From NCBI GenBank assembly GCA_964402985.1, contig CAYOET010000132.1:1-41804 (forward strand): a DNA stretch of 41,804 nucleotides, written 5' to 3'. The notes beneath the pieces are model-generated. The model made no database searches and was not told the origin of the DNA. It saw nothing but the letters and a program-made list of their open reading frames with translations. Positions 1 through 9,736 of the stretch are shown in pieces. Source of the stretch: an uncultured Bauldia sp. GTDB taxonomy: Bacteria > Pseudomonadota > Alphaproteobacteria > Rhizobiales > Kaistiaceae. A program made the translations under genes and the position numbers. The stretch's first letter is position 1. Each line of letters opens with the position of its first letter.

Positions 1-100
1 CCTCCGCCCGATATTCGGTCTGCAGCCACTTGAGGATGATCGAGGTGTCGAGCCCGCCCGAATAGGCAAGCACCACCTTCTTGACCTTTGACGCCGACAT
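1..100 (-). CDS. argG: argininosuccinate synthase, first 33 codons only (gene runs off the left edge)
   Basis: The reverse complement of 1..100 starts at ATG (98-100) and reads [39 protein letters not shown] is the N-terminal ATP-binding motif of ArgG. It is absent from the ORF track because it is truncated. Confidence 0.8.
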   Translation of the reverse strand, partial: MSASKVKKVVLAYSGGLDTSIILKWLQTEYRAE

Positions 101-162
101 GAAAGCCCCGAAACAATGACGCCGGGCTTATAGGGGGCCGCCGAAGGGGCGGCAACCGGACA

Positions 163-930
163 CTAGCCCGGCGGCACGGCGCGTCGGTCTGAACCCGAGG
201 TCGCGACCGGCTCCGGCCGCTTCCCGCGAAGCCTTAGCCCGGCCCGTTCGAGCCGGCCTTCCGGCAGCCGCGTCCGCCACCGGTAGATCAGCGCATGGAC
301 CAGCCAGATGACCAGGAACGTCACCACGCCCGCGAAGATCACGTCGCTCGCGAAATGCCCGCCGAACGCCATGCGGAGGATGCCGACCGCCGTCCCGTAG
401 GCGATCGCGGCGCCATAGGCGACCGCGCGCCACTGCGGCGGGGCGAGTGCGGCGGGCGCGATCGTCCAGTACCCACCCGACGCTTCGCCCGAGACGAACG
501 AGCAGTTCTGCGGGCAGCTCCCCGAGAAATCGTACCAGGCCTTGAAGTCCTGCCGCCCGCCGAGCTCCTCGACCTGCGCGGGCCGCGGCCGCCCGCTGTG
601 CTCCTTGAAGATGCCGTTGACGACGACGCCCGGCGCGAGCGCCAGCGTCGCGACCAGGAACAGCGCCGCGTTGCCCGAAATAAGCATCCTTCGCCGCGGA
701 AAGATCAGCTTGCCGACGATCGCGATGACCGCCGGCGCGACGAGGAGCGCGACCACCCACATCGCCTTCTGCCGCAGCTGATTGAGGAGCCAAACGTCAC
801 GCGCGTTGAACGCGCCCTGCGCATCGCGAAACGCGCCCGCGATCGCGAGATCGAGCTGCGGCCAGAACCCGAAGAGGAGCCCCGTCACCAGCGCGACGGC
901 GAGCGCCGCGATCAACCCGTTCCGTGACAT
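163..930 (-). CDS. PAP2-family membrane phosphatase (phosphatidic-acid / lipid phosphatase type 2)
   Basis: ORF 163..972. Several hydrophobic helices and PAP2-like motifs (SFVSGEAS, FGGHFASDV). The internal start MSRNGLIAAL at 930 is preferred over the Ala/Gly-rich extension. Confidence 0.65.
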   Translation of the reverse strand: MSRNGLIAALAVALVTGLLFGFWPQLDLAIAGAFRDAQGAFNARDVWLLNQLRQKAMWVVALLVAPAVIAIVGKLIFPRRRMLISGNAALFLVATLALAPGVVVNGIFKEHSGRPRPAQVEELGGRQDFKAWYDFSGSCPQNCSFVSGEASGGYWTIAPAALAPPQWRAVAYGAAIAYGTAVGILRMAFGGHFASDVIFAGVVTFLVIWLVHALIYRWRTRLPEGRLERAGLRLRGKRPEPVATSGSDRRAVPPG

Positions 931-1021
931 CCCGCTCCCACCCGAGCCGGCGGGCGAACCGGCCGCCGCCAATGGGCGAACCCTCTAGTGGATGGCGCCG
1001 ACCGTGTCGATGTGGCCCGCC

Positions 1022-1648
1022 TCAGACGAAGCGCGCGGCGAGACGGAGGTCGGCGACGAACCTTGTGTACTCCGCCTCATACCCGCCCTCCGCCGCCCGG
1101 AGGCGGATGAGGAAAGACGGATGGACCGTCACCAGCACCTGCGTGCGTTCGTCGAGCGGCCGAACCTCGCCGCGCAGCGAGCCGACCGACGCCGTCTTGC
1201 CGAGGACGCCGCGCACCGCCGTGGCGCCCATCGCCACGATCAGCCGCGGCCGCACCGCCGCCCGCTCGCGGTCGAGCCACCAGCGGCAGGCATCGATCTC
1301 TCCGCTGGTCGGCTTCTTGTGGATGCGCCGCTTGCCGCGCAGCTCGTGCTTGAAGCGCTTGACCGCGTTGGAGACATAGAGCCGCCGGCGGTCGATCCCC
1401 GCCTCCTGCAGCACCACGTCGAGAAGCCGCCCCGCCGGCCCGACGAACGGCCGCCCCTCGACGTCCTCGCGGTCGCCCGGCTGCTCGCCGACCAGCATCA
1501 CCTTCGCGTCGGCCGGCCCCTCGCCGAAAGCCGTGATCGGGGTATTGAGGTAGATCGGGCAGCGCGTGCAGGTCTGAACCTCGCGCCGCGCCTCGGCGAG
1601 AAGCGCCGCCGCACCCTTCTTCGACAACCGTTCCAGAACCGTCGGCAT
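1022..1648 (-). CDS. uracil-DNA glycosylase, family 4 (Fe-S type)
   Basis: 208 aa with CTRCP plus GEGPADAKVMLVGEQPGDREDVEGRPFVGPAGRLLD, the family-4 UDG signature. Confidence 0.8.
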   Translation of the reverse strand: MPTVLERLSKKGAAALLAEARREVQTCTRCPIYLNTPITAFGEGPADAKVMLVGEQPGDREDVEGRPFVGPAGRLLDVVLQEAGIDRRRLYVSNAVKRFKHELRGKRRIHKKPTSGEIDACRWWLDRERAAVRPRLIVAMGATAVRGVLGKTASVGSLRGEVRPLDERTQVLVTVHPSFLIRLRAAEGGYEAEYTRFVADLRLAARFV

Positions 1649-1781
1649 GCGCCAAAAACGCCCATCGGACGTCGAGGTTCAATGGACTGCCTCGCCTCGG
1701 GTCAATTGGCAGGCCCCAACACCGCTTTCCCGAGAGCGGGCCCGTGGCCAGAACATCCCACCCTTTGCGCACAACCCCAAC

Positions 1782-1814
1782 TTGTCATCGCCGGATTTAT
1801 TCCGGCGATCCAGG
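1782..1814. repeat. REP-like palindromic element, copy 1 (TTGTCATCGCCGGATTTATTCCGGCGATCCAGG)
   Basis: Perfect 9-bp stem ATCGCCGGA/TCCGGCGAT. It matches the reverse complement of 1869..1903 over about 30 bp. Confidence 0.7.
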
Positions 1815-1868
1815 GTTCAACTTGCTCGGATGGTGAACTACTCCCCCTGCCCACGACCAAGCGGAGGG

Positions 1869-1903
1869 CTGGATTGCCGGACAAGTCCGGCAATGACAAG
1901 GGT
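1869..1903. repeat. REP-like palindromic element, copy 2, inverted relative to copy 1 (CTGGATTGCCGGACAAGTCCGGCAATGACAAGG)
   Basis: Perfect 10-bp arms ATTGCCGGAC/GTCCGGCAAT. The reverse complement reads CCTTGTCATTGCCGGACTTGTCCGGCAATCCAG, aligning with copy 1. Confidence 0.7.
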
Positions 1904-1945
1904 AACGATGCCAGAGAATCCCTGGCGAGGTCCGGGGATTGCGAC

Positions 1946-3163
1946 CTAAGCCGTCCCGCTCGGGATCATCGCCTCGAGCGCGAGGCGCTCGCGGATGCGG
2001 AGGCGCTCGCTCTCGCTCTTGAGCTGGCCGCAGGCGGCGAGGATGTCGCGGCCGCGCGGGGTGCGGATCGGGGAGGCGTAGCCGGCGCGGTTGATGATCT
2101 CCGCGAAGCGCTCGATCTGCTCCCACTCGGAGCATTCGTAGTCGGTGCCCGGCCACGGGTTGAACGGGATGAGATTGATCTTGGCCGGGATGCCCGCGAG
2201 GAGCCGCACCAGCTCGCGCGCGTCGGCAAGGCTGTCGTTGACGTCGCGCAGCATCACGTACTCGAAGGTGATGCGCCGCGCGTTGGAGAGTCCCGGATAG
2301 GCGCGGCACGCGGCCATCAGCTCGGCGATCGGGTATTTCTTGTTGATCGGAACCAGCACGTCGCGGAGCTCGTCGCGCGCCGCGTGGAGCGAGATCGCGA
2401 GCATCACGCTCATCTCCTCGCCCGCCCGGACGATCTCGGGGACCACGCCCGAAGTCGAGAGCGTGATGCGCCGCCTGGACAGGCCGACGCCCTCCCCGTC
2501 CGAGGCGATCGCCAGCGCGTCGCGCACATTGTCGAAATTGTAGAGCGGCTCGCCCATCCCCATCATCACGATATTGGAGACGAGGCGCCCCTCGCTCGGC
2601 ACCGCCGCGCCCTCGAGCGCCGACGCGGCCGGAAAATCGCCGAGCCGGTCACGGGCGAGCAGCACCTGCCCGATGATCTCCTCGGAGGTGAGGTTGCGGA
2701 CCAGCTTCTGCGTCCCGGTATGGCAAAACGAGCAGCTCAGCGTGCAGCCCACCTGGCTGGAGAGGCAGAGCGTCCCGCGCCCCTCCTCGGGGATGTAGAC
2801 CGTCTCCACCTCGACCGGCCGGCCCGCGCCGCGCGGCGGGAAACGGAGCAGCCACTTTCGCGTGCCGTCCTCCGACACCTGCTCGGTGACGATCTCGGGT
2901 CGCGGCAGCGAGAAATGCTCGGCGAGGTCGGCGCGGAGATCCTTGGAGATGTTGCTCATCGCGCCGAAATCGGTGGCGCCGCGCAGATACATCCAGTTCC
3001 ACAGCTGGTTGGCGCGCATCCGCACCTGCCGCTCGGGAATCCCGGCGCCTGTCAGCGCATCGGCGAGTTGCGGGCGCGTCAGGCCGATCAGCGAGGGTTT
3101 CTCGGCTGTCGACGGAGGACGCGGCGCCGGTCCCGGAGGGACCGAAGAAATGCTCATCGTCAC
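1946..3163 (-). CDS. rlmN: 23S rRNA (adenine2503-C2)/tRNA methyltransferase, radical SAM
   Basis: 405 aa with [11 protein letters not shown] radical-SAM cluster motif and RlmN-like sequence throughout ([18 protein letters not shown]). Confidence 0.9.
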   Translation of the reverse strand: MTMSISSVPPGPAPRPPSTAEKPSLIGLTRPQLADALTGAGIPERQVRMRANQLWNWMYLRGATDFGAMSNISKDLRADLAEHFSLPRPEIVTEQVSEDGTRKWLLRFPPRGAGRPVEVETVYIPEEGRGTLCLSSQVGCTLSCSFCHTGTQKLVRNLTSEEIIGQVLLARDRLGDFPAASALEGAAVPSEGRLVSNIVMMGMGEPLYNFDNVRDALAIASDGEGVGLSRRRITLSTSGVVPEIVRAGEEMSVMLAISLHAARDELRDVLVPINKKYPIAELMAACRAYPGLSNARRITFEYVMLRDVNDSLADARELVRLLAGIPAKINLIPFNPWPGTDYECSEWEQIERFAEIINRAGYASPIRTPRGRDILAACGQLKSESERLRIRERLALEAMIPSGTA

Positions 3164-3256
3164 GGCAAAAGGGGTTCCAGCGGGCTCAGCGGCCCGTTCG
3201 CGGCCGTAAAGTCGAGACTGGAGCCCCTTTCGTCAAGGGCGGCTTAAAGACCAGGC

Positions 3257-3526
3257 TCAGTCGCTGCCGCTCGGCGTGACGTCGTTGAGCCTGATGTCCT
3301 GGACGACCAGCGCGCCGTTGATCGGCTCGTAGGTCAGGTGGGCGATCTGCCCGTCGGCGATGCCCTCCGTGTCGATCGTGCTCGGCACCACGTAGATCTT
3401 GGCGTCGCCAAGGAGGCGGAGATTGCCGTCGTGGAAGTCGATGACCCAGCCATGGGCCTCCTCTGCCGCATGGGCGGCCGCGGGCAGAAGAACAGCGGCC
3501 AACGCCGCCAGGACGAGTTTCCTCAT
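3257..3526 (-). CDS. small secreted protein of unknown function (possibly DUF1344-like)
   Basis: 89 aa with signal peptide MRKLVLAALAAVLLPAAAHA followed by a beta-rich domain. The family assignment is from memory only. Confidence 0.5.
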   Translation of the reverse strand: MRKLVLAALAAVLLPAAAHAAEEAHGWVIDFHDGNLRLLGDAKIYVVPSTIDTEGIADGQIAHLTYEPINGALVVQDIRLNDVTPSGSD

Positions 3527-3599
3527 CGTCGCTAGTCCTCAAAGTGCGCCCGGGGAGGAAACGCCTGCCGAAATCCGGTTGTTCCGCGCGGCCCCGAAG

Positions 3600-4139
3600 C
3601 TACGCCGGCGGCGTACCGCCCGGCATCGGACACTCGCTCGCCGCGCTCGCGAGCGCGGCGCTGACGCCGAGGAGCGAGTAGGTGTCGGTGGTGTTGGTGC
3701 CGCGCTGCGAGGTGCCGCGGATCACCATCTGCTGCCCGGCGCGCATCGCCGCGACCAGCGTTGCCTCCAGCGTCTCGTTCTCCATCCACGCGTCCTGGCC
3801 GCGCGTGAAGAACACGAAGGTGTCGCTGCCGACGGTGACGTTCACCTTCGACTCCGGAGCGAAGGGATAGCCGATGATGATGCTCGGCTCCTCGCGCTTC
3901 TGCTCGCCGGGCCGGGTCGTGATCATGAAGAACACCGGGTCGCGGTTCACGCCCGTGGGAAGCGTCTGCGTCGGCTGCGTGGCGGCCCAGCACACCTTCC
4001 CGCTCTGCGTTTGGGCCGTGTAGCTGCTCCAGTCGCGGAAGGTGCCCACTAGCGTGGAGGGCGCGGGGGCCTGCGCCGACGCCTGGCCGGCGAAACCGAA
4101 GAACAGCAGGGCGAAAGTGAGGAAGCCGAAAGCCTTCAT
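3600..4139 (-). CDS. invasion-associated locus B (IalB) family periplasmic protein
   Basis: ORF 3600..4325. The start is placed at MKAFGFLTFALLFFGFAGQASA (ATG at 4139), which gives a signal peptide. The mature part has an IalB-like pattern (FRDWSSY...KVCWA). Confidence 0.6.
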   Translation of the reverse strand: MKAFGFLTFALLFFGFAGQASAQAPAPSTLVGTFRDWSSYTAQTQSGKVCWAATQPTQTLPTGVNRDPVFFMITTRPGEQKREEPSIIIGYPFAPESKVNVTVGSDTFVFFTRGQDAWMENETLEATLVAAMRAGQQMVIRGTSQRGTNTTDTYSLLGVSAALASAASECPMPGGTPPA

Positions 4140-4321
4140 ACGTCCCATCCAGAGTTGCCCGACCCGGCAGGTCCTGCCGGCGGCATGATTGCACGCCGAA
4201 GCTGACCGGACATGGTTACTATTCGGTGAACTGACGCGCCAGACTGGGGTTCTCTTCCCGGCCGCCCCTTCGACAAGTTGGGACCGTCCGATTGGGGCGG
4301 GATTGTGGCTTTCCGCTCGAT

Positions 4322-4702
4322 TCAACTTCGCTTGCCGGCGGGCGCCGGCCCATCCTCGGCGAGCGCACGGCGCGCGGCCTCGCGATGCTCGGGCCGGATA
4401 TGGCTGCGGACGGTGGTGAGAGCCCCGAAGAGAACCGCCGCATCATCGCCGAACCCGATGCCCGCCAGGAAATCGGGCACGATGTCGATCGGCACGACGA
4501 AATAGGCGAGCGCGGCGATCAGGATGGCGCGGACGCGTCCCGGTGTCGTCGGGTCGAGAGCGCAATAGTAGCCGGCGACCAGCTCCTCGGAGAACGGCAC
4601 GACCTTCGCCGCCTTGCGCAGCGTGCGCCAGAAGCCGGCGCGGACCTTGGTCTCGCGCTCCTTCTCAGGCCCTAGAATCTCGCCGAACTTGACGTCGTCC
4701 AT
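4322..4702 (-). CDS. DUF1232 (YkvA-like) membrane protein
   Basis: ORF 4322..4756, start taken at MDDVKFGE (4702). The YFVVPIDIVPDFLAGIGFGDD motif is typical of DUF1232. Confidence 0.65.
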   Translation of the reverse strand: MDDVKFGEILGPEKERETKVRAGFWRTLRKAAKVVPFSEELVAGYYCALDPTTPGRVRAILIAALAYFVVPIDIVPDFLAGIGFGDDAAVLFGALTTVRSHIRPEHREAARRALAEDGPAPAGKRS

Positions 4703-4773
4703 CGCTCCCCTCCCTCGCATCCTGATCAAGATCGGTACGAATTGCGCCGCGCGCAAGGCGAGCGAGGCTGACT

Positions 4774-5082
4774 TTAGCTCATCTCCGCCGCGAGTTTCTC
4801 CATCGCGATCGCGAGTTTCAGGTCAAGCTCGGTGATCCCGCCCGCGTCGTGCGTGGTGAGCGTCACCGACACCGACTTGTAGACGTTCGACCATTCTGGG
4901 TGGTGATCCATCTTCTCCGCGAGGAGCGCGACCCGCGTCATCCAGCCGAAAGCCTGGCTGAAATTCCGGAACTCGAAGCGCCGCGCGATGGCGTCTCTTC
5001 CTGCGACTTCGCGCCAGTGCGGGAGGGTGGCCAGCGCCTCGTCGCGCTCCGCGCCCGCGAGCTTCGCCGGCCGGCTCACCAC
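4774..5082 (-). CDS. phhB: 4a-hydroxytetrahydrobiopterin (pterin-4-alpha-carbinolamine) dehydratase
   Basis: 102 aa with [20 protein letters not shown]...V.V.L.THD, the PCD signature. Confidence 0.8.
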   Translation of the reverse strand: MVSRPAKLAGAERDEALATLPHWREVAGRDAIARRFEFRNFSQAFGWMTRVALLAEKMDHHPEWSNVYKSVSVTLTTHDAGGITELDLKLAIAMEKLAAEMS

Positions 5083-5624
5083 CCCGATCCCGCGCCGAGC
5101 GGGTAGGCCTCTTCGACCAGATACGGCCCGCCACCGGCATTGTCGCGCGAGGAGAAGAGCACGAACCGGTCCACCTCGAACGGCTCGGTCGTGAACCCGC
5201 CACGCAGCGAAAGGTACTCGGCGAGATCGTGCTGCCGCGCCCCGCGCACCCGCGCCAGCGTGACGTGCGGCGTGTATTTCCGCTGCTCCGCCGGCAGGCC
5301 GATGCGCTGCATCACCCGCTCATGCGCCGCCTGCAGCTCGTAGAGCTGCTGCGAAGGCGCGAGCCGCGCCGCGATGGTGTGCGGCTTGCCGCTTCCCAGC
5401 GACAGCACCCCTTCGATCTTGAGCCGGAAGGCCGGCCGCTGCACCCGCGCCAGCTCGTCGGCGATCTCGGTCGCGGTGCGCCCGTCGATGTCGCCGACGA
5501 AGCGGATGGTGAGGTGATAAAGGTCGGAATCGATCCAGCGCGCCCCGGGAATCCCGCCGCGGAGGAAGGCGAGCTCCTGTCCGATCGTCTCCGGGATCTC
5601 AATTCCGGTGAAGAGACGCGGCAT
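5076..5624 (-). CDS. thpR: RNA 2',3'-cyclic phosphodiesterase (2H phosphoesterase / LigT)
   Basis: 182 aa with two H-x-T/S-x motifs (HLTIRF, HVTLAR). Overlaps phhB by 7 nt. Confidence 0.8.
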   Translation of the reverse strand: MPRLFTGIEIPETIGQELAFLRGGIPGARWIDSDLYHLTIRFVGDIDGRTATEIADELARVQRPAFRLKIEGVLSLGSGKPHTIAARLAPSQQLYELQAAHERVMQRIGLPAEQRKYTPHVTLARVRGARQHDLAEYLSLRGGFTTEPFEVDRFVLFSSRDNAGGGPYLVEEAYPLGAGSGW

Positions 5625-5715
5625 CGCTCACCTCATCTGTTTCGAATCGGCACAACGGACCCGAGCATCGGGCGGCTTCCATGTCCCTGTAAAGACGTCA
5701 CTATCGCGCAGTTTC

Positions 5716-6354
5716 CTACTGTTGCACCCGTGCCAGCAGTTCCTCGACCTTGGGCAGGATGCCGGCGACGATCACGGCCACTCCCGCGGCGTTGGGATGC
5801 ATTCCGTCGTCGAGGCTGAGCGCGGCGTTCGTCGCCACGCCCTCGAGGAAGAACGGATAGAGGATCGCCCCATGGCTGACGGCGATCGACTCGTAGATCG
5901 CGTCGAAGCTCGACCGGTATTCGGGGCCGAGATTGGGCGCCGCCCGCATCCCCGCGACCAGCGCCGGAATGCCGCGCTCGTCCAGCTTGGTGAGGATCGC
6001 CCCCAGCGCCCCTTCGGTCACGCCGGGCTGGATGCCGCGCAGCATGTCGTTGCCGCCGAACTCGACGATCGCGGCGTCGATCGTGTCGTCGAGCGCCCAG
6101 TCGAGCCGGGCGAGTCCAGCCGACGCGGTGTCGCCCGACACCGCAGCGTCGACCACCTCGACTGCATGCCCGCGCGCGAGCAGCGCCGCCTCGAGCTGGT
6201 CGGCGAACCCCTCGCCCGGCGCGAGCTGGTATCCCGCGCTGAGGCTGTCGCCCAGCACCAACACCCGGATCGGGTCGGCGCCCTGTGCCAGAGCCGGGCT
6301 GGCAACGGCAAGACCGACGCCGCACATGAAAGTGAGGAGGGTCGCCTTTATCAT
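5716..6354 (-). CDS. tesA: secreted SGNH/GDSL arylesterase-thioesterase (TesA-like)
   Basis: C-terminal 212 aa of ORF 5716..7143, starting MIKATLLTFMCGVGLAVASPALA (signal peptide). Contains GDSLSAG, GGND and DGMHPN blocks. Divergent from ybbA/ybbP as in E. coli. Confidence 0.8.
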   Translation of the reverse strand: MIKATLLTFMCGVGLAVASPALAQGADPIRVLVLGDSLSAGYQLAPGEGFADQLEAALLARGHAVEVVDAAVSGDTASAGLARLDWALDDTIDAAIVEFGGNDMLRGIQPGVTEGALGAILTKLDERGIPALVAGMRAAPNLGPEYRSSFDAIYESIAVSHGAILYPFFLEGVATNAALSLDDGMHPNAAGVAVIVAGILPKVEELLARVQQ

Positions 6355-6435
6355 CGCACCGGCCTCTGGCCATATCGCAGGAGAAGCAACGACTTCGCCG
6401 TCGCGCCTGCCACAACGATATAGGTCGAAGCCCGC

Positions 6436-7152
6436 GTGAGCGCATCCCCGGTCATCGAACTCGCCGACATCCATCTCAGCCTCGGCAGCGGCGCGGGCCG
6501 GGTCCACGTCTTGCGCGGCGTCAGCCTCCGGGTCGCGCGCGGCCAGTCGGTGAGCCTCGTCGGCCCTTCGGGGTCCGGCAAGTCGACGCTCCTGATGGCG
6601 CTCGGCGGCCTGGAGCGCCCCGACAGCGGCTCGATCAGGGTGGCCGGCGAAGAGCTGACCGCGCTGTCGGAAGACCAGCTCGCCGCCTTCCGCGGCCGCA
6701 CCATCGGCATCGTCTTCCAGTCCTTTCACCTCATCCCCAACATGACCGCCCTCGAGAACGTCGCCGTCCCGCTCGAGCTGGCGGGCGTCGGCAACGCCTT
6801 CGCCCGGGCGAGCGCGGAACTCGCCGCGGTCGGCCTGACCGATCGCCTCACCCACTACCCGGCCGAACTCTCCGGCGGCGAGCAGCAGCGCGTCGCCATC
6901 GCCCGCGCGCTCGTCGCCCGCCCGGCGATCCTCCTCGCCGACGAGCCCACCGGCAATCTCGACGCGGCGACCGGCGCGCAGATCGTCGAGCTCCTCTTCC
7001 GCTCCGCCGCCGAACGCGGCACCACGCTGGTCCTCGTCACCCACGACGCCACCCTCGCCGCGCGCTGCGACCGCGTGGTGAGCCTCAACGCCGGCACGGT
7101 CCTCGAAGCCCCTGCCTCCGCGCCGCGCCCGCTCGCCGGCCACATTGCATGA
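6436..7152 (+). CDS. ybbA: ABC transporter ATP-binding protein (YbbA/LolD-like)
   Basis: 238 aa, GTG start. Walker A GPSGSGKST, signature LSGGEQQR, Walker B LLADEPTGNLD. Confidence 0.85.
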   Translation: MSASPVIELADIHLSLGSGAGRVHVLRGVSLRVARGQSVSLVGPSGSGKSTLLMALGGLERPDSGSIRVAGEELTALSEDQLAAFRGRTIGIVFQSFHLIPNMTALENVAVPLELAGVGNAFARASAELAAVGLTDRLTHYPAELSGGEQQRVAIARALVARPAILLADEPTGNLDAATGAQIVELLFRSAAERGTTLVLVTHDATLAARCDRVVSLNAGTVLEAPASAPRPLAGHIA

Positions 7153-9701
7153 CCCGCCGCGCGTCGGCCTCGCTCGCCCTTCGCTTCGCGCTCCGCGAGA
7201 TGCGTGGCGGCCTTCGCGGCTTCTACGTCTTCCTCGCCTGCATCGCGCTGGGGGTCGCCGCCATCGCCGGCGTCGCCTCGCTCACCCGCAGCCTCAGCGA
7301 AGCCATCGACCGCGAGGGCCAGGCGATCCTCGGCGGCGACCTCTCCGTCAGCCTGGCGCTCCGCCCGGCCGGGGAGGCCGAACGCGCTTACCTCGCCTCG
7401 CTCGGCGCGGTGTCGGAGGCCGCGACGATGCGCGCGATGGCCCGCCGCACGGACGGGACCGACCAGACGCTGATCGAGCTGAAGGCCGTCGACGCCGCCT
7501 ATCCGCTCTACGGCTCCCTCACCCTGGAGCCGGCCATCGCGCTCGCCGCGGCGCTGGCCACCACCGACGGACGCTTCGGCGCCGCCGCCGACGAGGCGCT
7601 CCTCATCCAGCTCGGCCTCGCCGTTGGGGACGAGGTCCGCCTCGGCGACGCGACCCTCGACCTCCGCGCCGCCATCAGGGCCGAGCCCGACCGCCTCTCC
7701 GAGGGCATCGAATGGGGCCCGCGCCTTCTCATTTCGGAGGCGGCCCTCGCCGCGACCGGCCTCATCCAGCCCGGCAGCCTCGTCGAATATCTCTACCGCG
7801 TCCATCTCTCCGCGCCCGCCGAGGACGCCGCTCTGAAGGCGATCGCCGACCAGGCCGTCGCCGCCTTCCCCACCGCCGGCTGGCGCCTGCGCACCAGCGA
7901 CGACGCCGCGCCCGGCCTCGCCCGCAATCTCGATCGGCTCGGCCAGTTCCTGACCCTTGTCGGCCTCTCCGCCCTCCTCGTGGGCGGCGTCGGCATCGCC
8001 AACGCCGTCGGCGCTTATCTCGCCGGCAAACGAAGCGTCATCGCCACGCTGAGATGCCTCGGCGCGCCGGGCGGCCTCATCGTCGGAATCTACCTCGCCC
8101 AGACCCTCATCCTCGCCGCGATCGGCATCCTTATCGGCCTCGCCCTCGGTCTCGCGCTCCCCTTCGCCGCTGCGTGGGCGCTCCGCGGCGTCCTCCCGAT
8201 CCCGATCGCCCCCACGATCTACCCCGCCGAACTCGTCCTCGCCGCAATCTACGGCCTCGCCACCGCGCTCGCCTTCTCGCTCTGGCCGCTCGGCACCGCG
8301 CGCGATGTGCCGCCCACCTCGCTCTTCCGCGATCGCGTCGCCTTCACGACCCGCGGCCCGCGCTTCCGCTATCGCGCGGCCGCGCTCGCGAGCGGCGCGA
8401 TCCTCGTCGCCCTCGCCGTCGGCCTCGCCCGCGACCGTTCGATCGCCCTCACCTTCGTCGTGGCCTCCCTCGCCGCCCTCGTCGTCCTCCGCGTCGTCGC
8501 TCGGCTCATCATGCGGCTGGCGAAAGCGCTTCCGCCGCTCCCCTCGACCGAGCTCCGCCTCGCCGTAGCGAACATCCACCGGCCCGGCGCACTGACGCCC
8601 ACCGTCGTCCTCTCCCTCGGCCTCGGCCTGACCCTCCTCGCCGCGCTCGCCCTCGTCGACGGCAACATGCGCCGCGACATGGATGGCGCCACCGCCGAGG
8701 GCGCGCCGAACTTCCTCTTCCTCGACGTTCCCAGCGCCGACGCGACCGCCTTCGCCGCGTTCCTGCGCGAAACCGCCCCCGGCTCGACCCTCGAAAGCCT
8801 CCCGATGCTGCGCGGCCGGGTCACCGCCTTGAGGGGCGTGCCCACCGCCCGAATAGCCCCGCCGCCCGACCTCGCCTGGGTCCTCCGCGGCGACCGCGGC
8901 CTCACCTTCGCGGCCGAGAAGGCCGCCGGCGTCACCCTGACCGCGGGCGAGTGGTGGCCGGCCGACTATGCCGGCCCGCCCCTCGTCTCCATCGATGCCG
9001 AGATCGCCGAGGGCTTCGGCCTCGCCCTCGGCGACCCCCTCACGCTCAATGTCCTCGGCCGCGAGATCACCGCCACGATCGCCAATTTCCGCGAGGTCGA
9101 GTGGCGGGCGTTCGGCATCAATTTCTTCTTCGTCCTCTCGCCTGAGCCGCTAAGGGCCGCCCCGCATGTCGAGGTGGTCTCCCTCAACATGCCGGGCGCT
9201 CCCACCACCGCCGACGAGCTCGCTCTCCTCAACCGGGTCGGCGAGGCCTGGCCGGCCGTCACCGGCATGCGCATCAAGGAGGCCGTCGAGCACGTCAACG
9301 ACCTCGTCCGTCAGATCAGCTGGGCGATCCTCGGCGCCTCGAGCGTGACCATCCTCACCGCGATCCTCGTCCTCGCCGGCGCGCTTGCCGCCGGCCACCA
9401 CCGGCGGCTCTATGACGCGGTCATCCTGAAGACCCTCGGCGCCACCCGCCGCCGGCTCCTCGCCGCGTTCGCGGCGGAATATCTGCTGCTCGGTCTCGCC
9501 ACCGGAATCTTCGGCCTCGCCGCCGGCGCGCTGGTCGCCTGGTACGTCGTGGTGAACATCATGGAAACCGAGTTCTCGTTTCTCCCGTTGGTTGCCTTTG
9601 CCGCCACGGCCGGCGCCGTTCTCCTCACTCTCGTCCTCGGCCTCCTCGGAACGTTCCGCGTCCTCGGCCAGAAGGCGGCGCCGGTCCTGCGCTCGAATTA
9701 G
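7149..9701 (+). CDS. ybbP: ABC transporter permease, FtsX-like, double domain (YbbP-like)
   Basis: 850 aa with a 4-nt overlap with ybbA. Two FtsX-type 4-TM modules are separated by large periplasmic loops. Confidence 0.8.
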   Translation: MTRRASASLALRFALREMRGGLRGFYVFLACIALGVAAIAGVASLTRSLSEAIDREGQAILGGDLSVSLALRPAGEAERAYLASLGAVSEAATMRAMARRTDGTDQTLIELKAVDAAYPLYGSLTLEPAIALAAALATTDGRFGAAADEALLIQLGLAVGDEVRLGDATLDLRAAIRAEPDRLSEGIEWGPRLLISEAALAATGLIQPGSLVEYLYRVHLSAPAEDAALKAIADQAVAAFPTAGWRLRTSDDAAPGLARNLDRLGQFLTLVGLSALLVGGVGIANAVGAYLAGKRSVIATLRCLGAPGGLIVGIYLAQTLILAAIGILIGLALGLALPFAAAWALRGVLPIPIAPTIYPAELVLAAIYGLATALAFSLWPLGTARDVPPTSLFRDRVAFTTRGPRFRYRAAALASGAILVALAVGLARDRSIALTFVVASLAALVVLRVVARLIMRLAKALPPLPSTELRLAVANIHRPGALTPTVVLSLGLGLTLLAALALVDGNMRRDMDGATAEGAPNFLFLDVPSADATAFAAFLRETAPGSTLESLPMLRGRVTALRGVPTARIAPPPDLAWVLRGDRGLTFAAEKAAGVTLTAGEWWPADYAGPPLVSIDAEIAEGFGLALGDPLTLNVLGREITATIANFREVEWRAFGINFFFVLSPEPLRAAPHVEVVSLNMPGAPTTADELALLNRVGEAWPAVTGMRIKEAVEHVNDLVRQISWAILGASSVTILTAILVLAGALAAGHHRRLYDAVILKTLGATRRRLLAAFAAEYLLLGLATGIFGLAAGALVAWYVVVNIMETEFSFLPLVAFAATAGAVLLTLVLGLLGTFRVLGQKAAPVLRSN

Positions 9702-9736
9702 CCGCAGAAACCGACACTTTCGTCTGTCCGATTTCG

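Noticed and set aside
4735-4760. Palindrome TTGCGC-CGC-GCGCAA between phhB and the DUF1232 gene, considered as a terminator or operator.
   Set aside because: No U-tract follows on the transcribed (minus) strand and it occurs only once. This is not distinguishable from chance GC-rich self-complementarity.
6855-8579. 574-aa ORF on the minus strand, one of many very long ORFs. Others include 992..3247, 5716..7143 (upstream part), 11058..12269, 14181..15899, 21472..24387, 33318..34571, 36160..38526 and 39187..40413.
   Set aside because: All lie antisense or out of frame to genes with unmistakable conserved products (ybbP, rlmN, htpG, acnA, ftsY/mtaB, sucC, sucA, sucB). Their translations are monotonous Arg/Gly/Ala/Asp/Glu/Pro strings with no motifs. 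Stop-poor alternative frames are expected in very GC-rich DNA.
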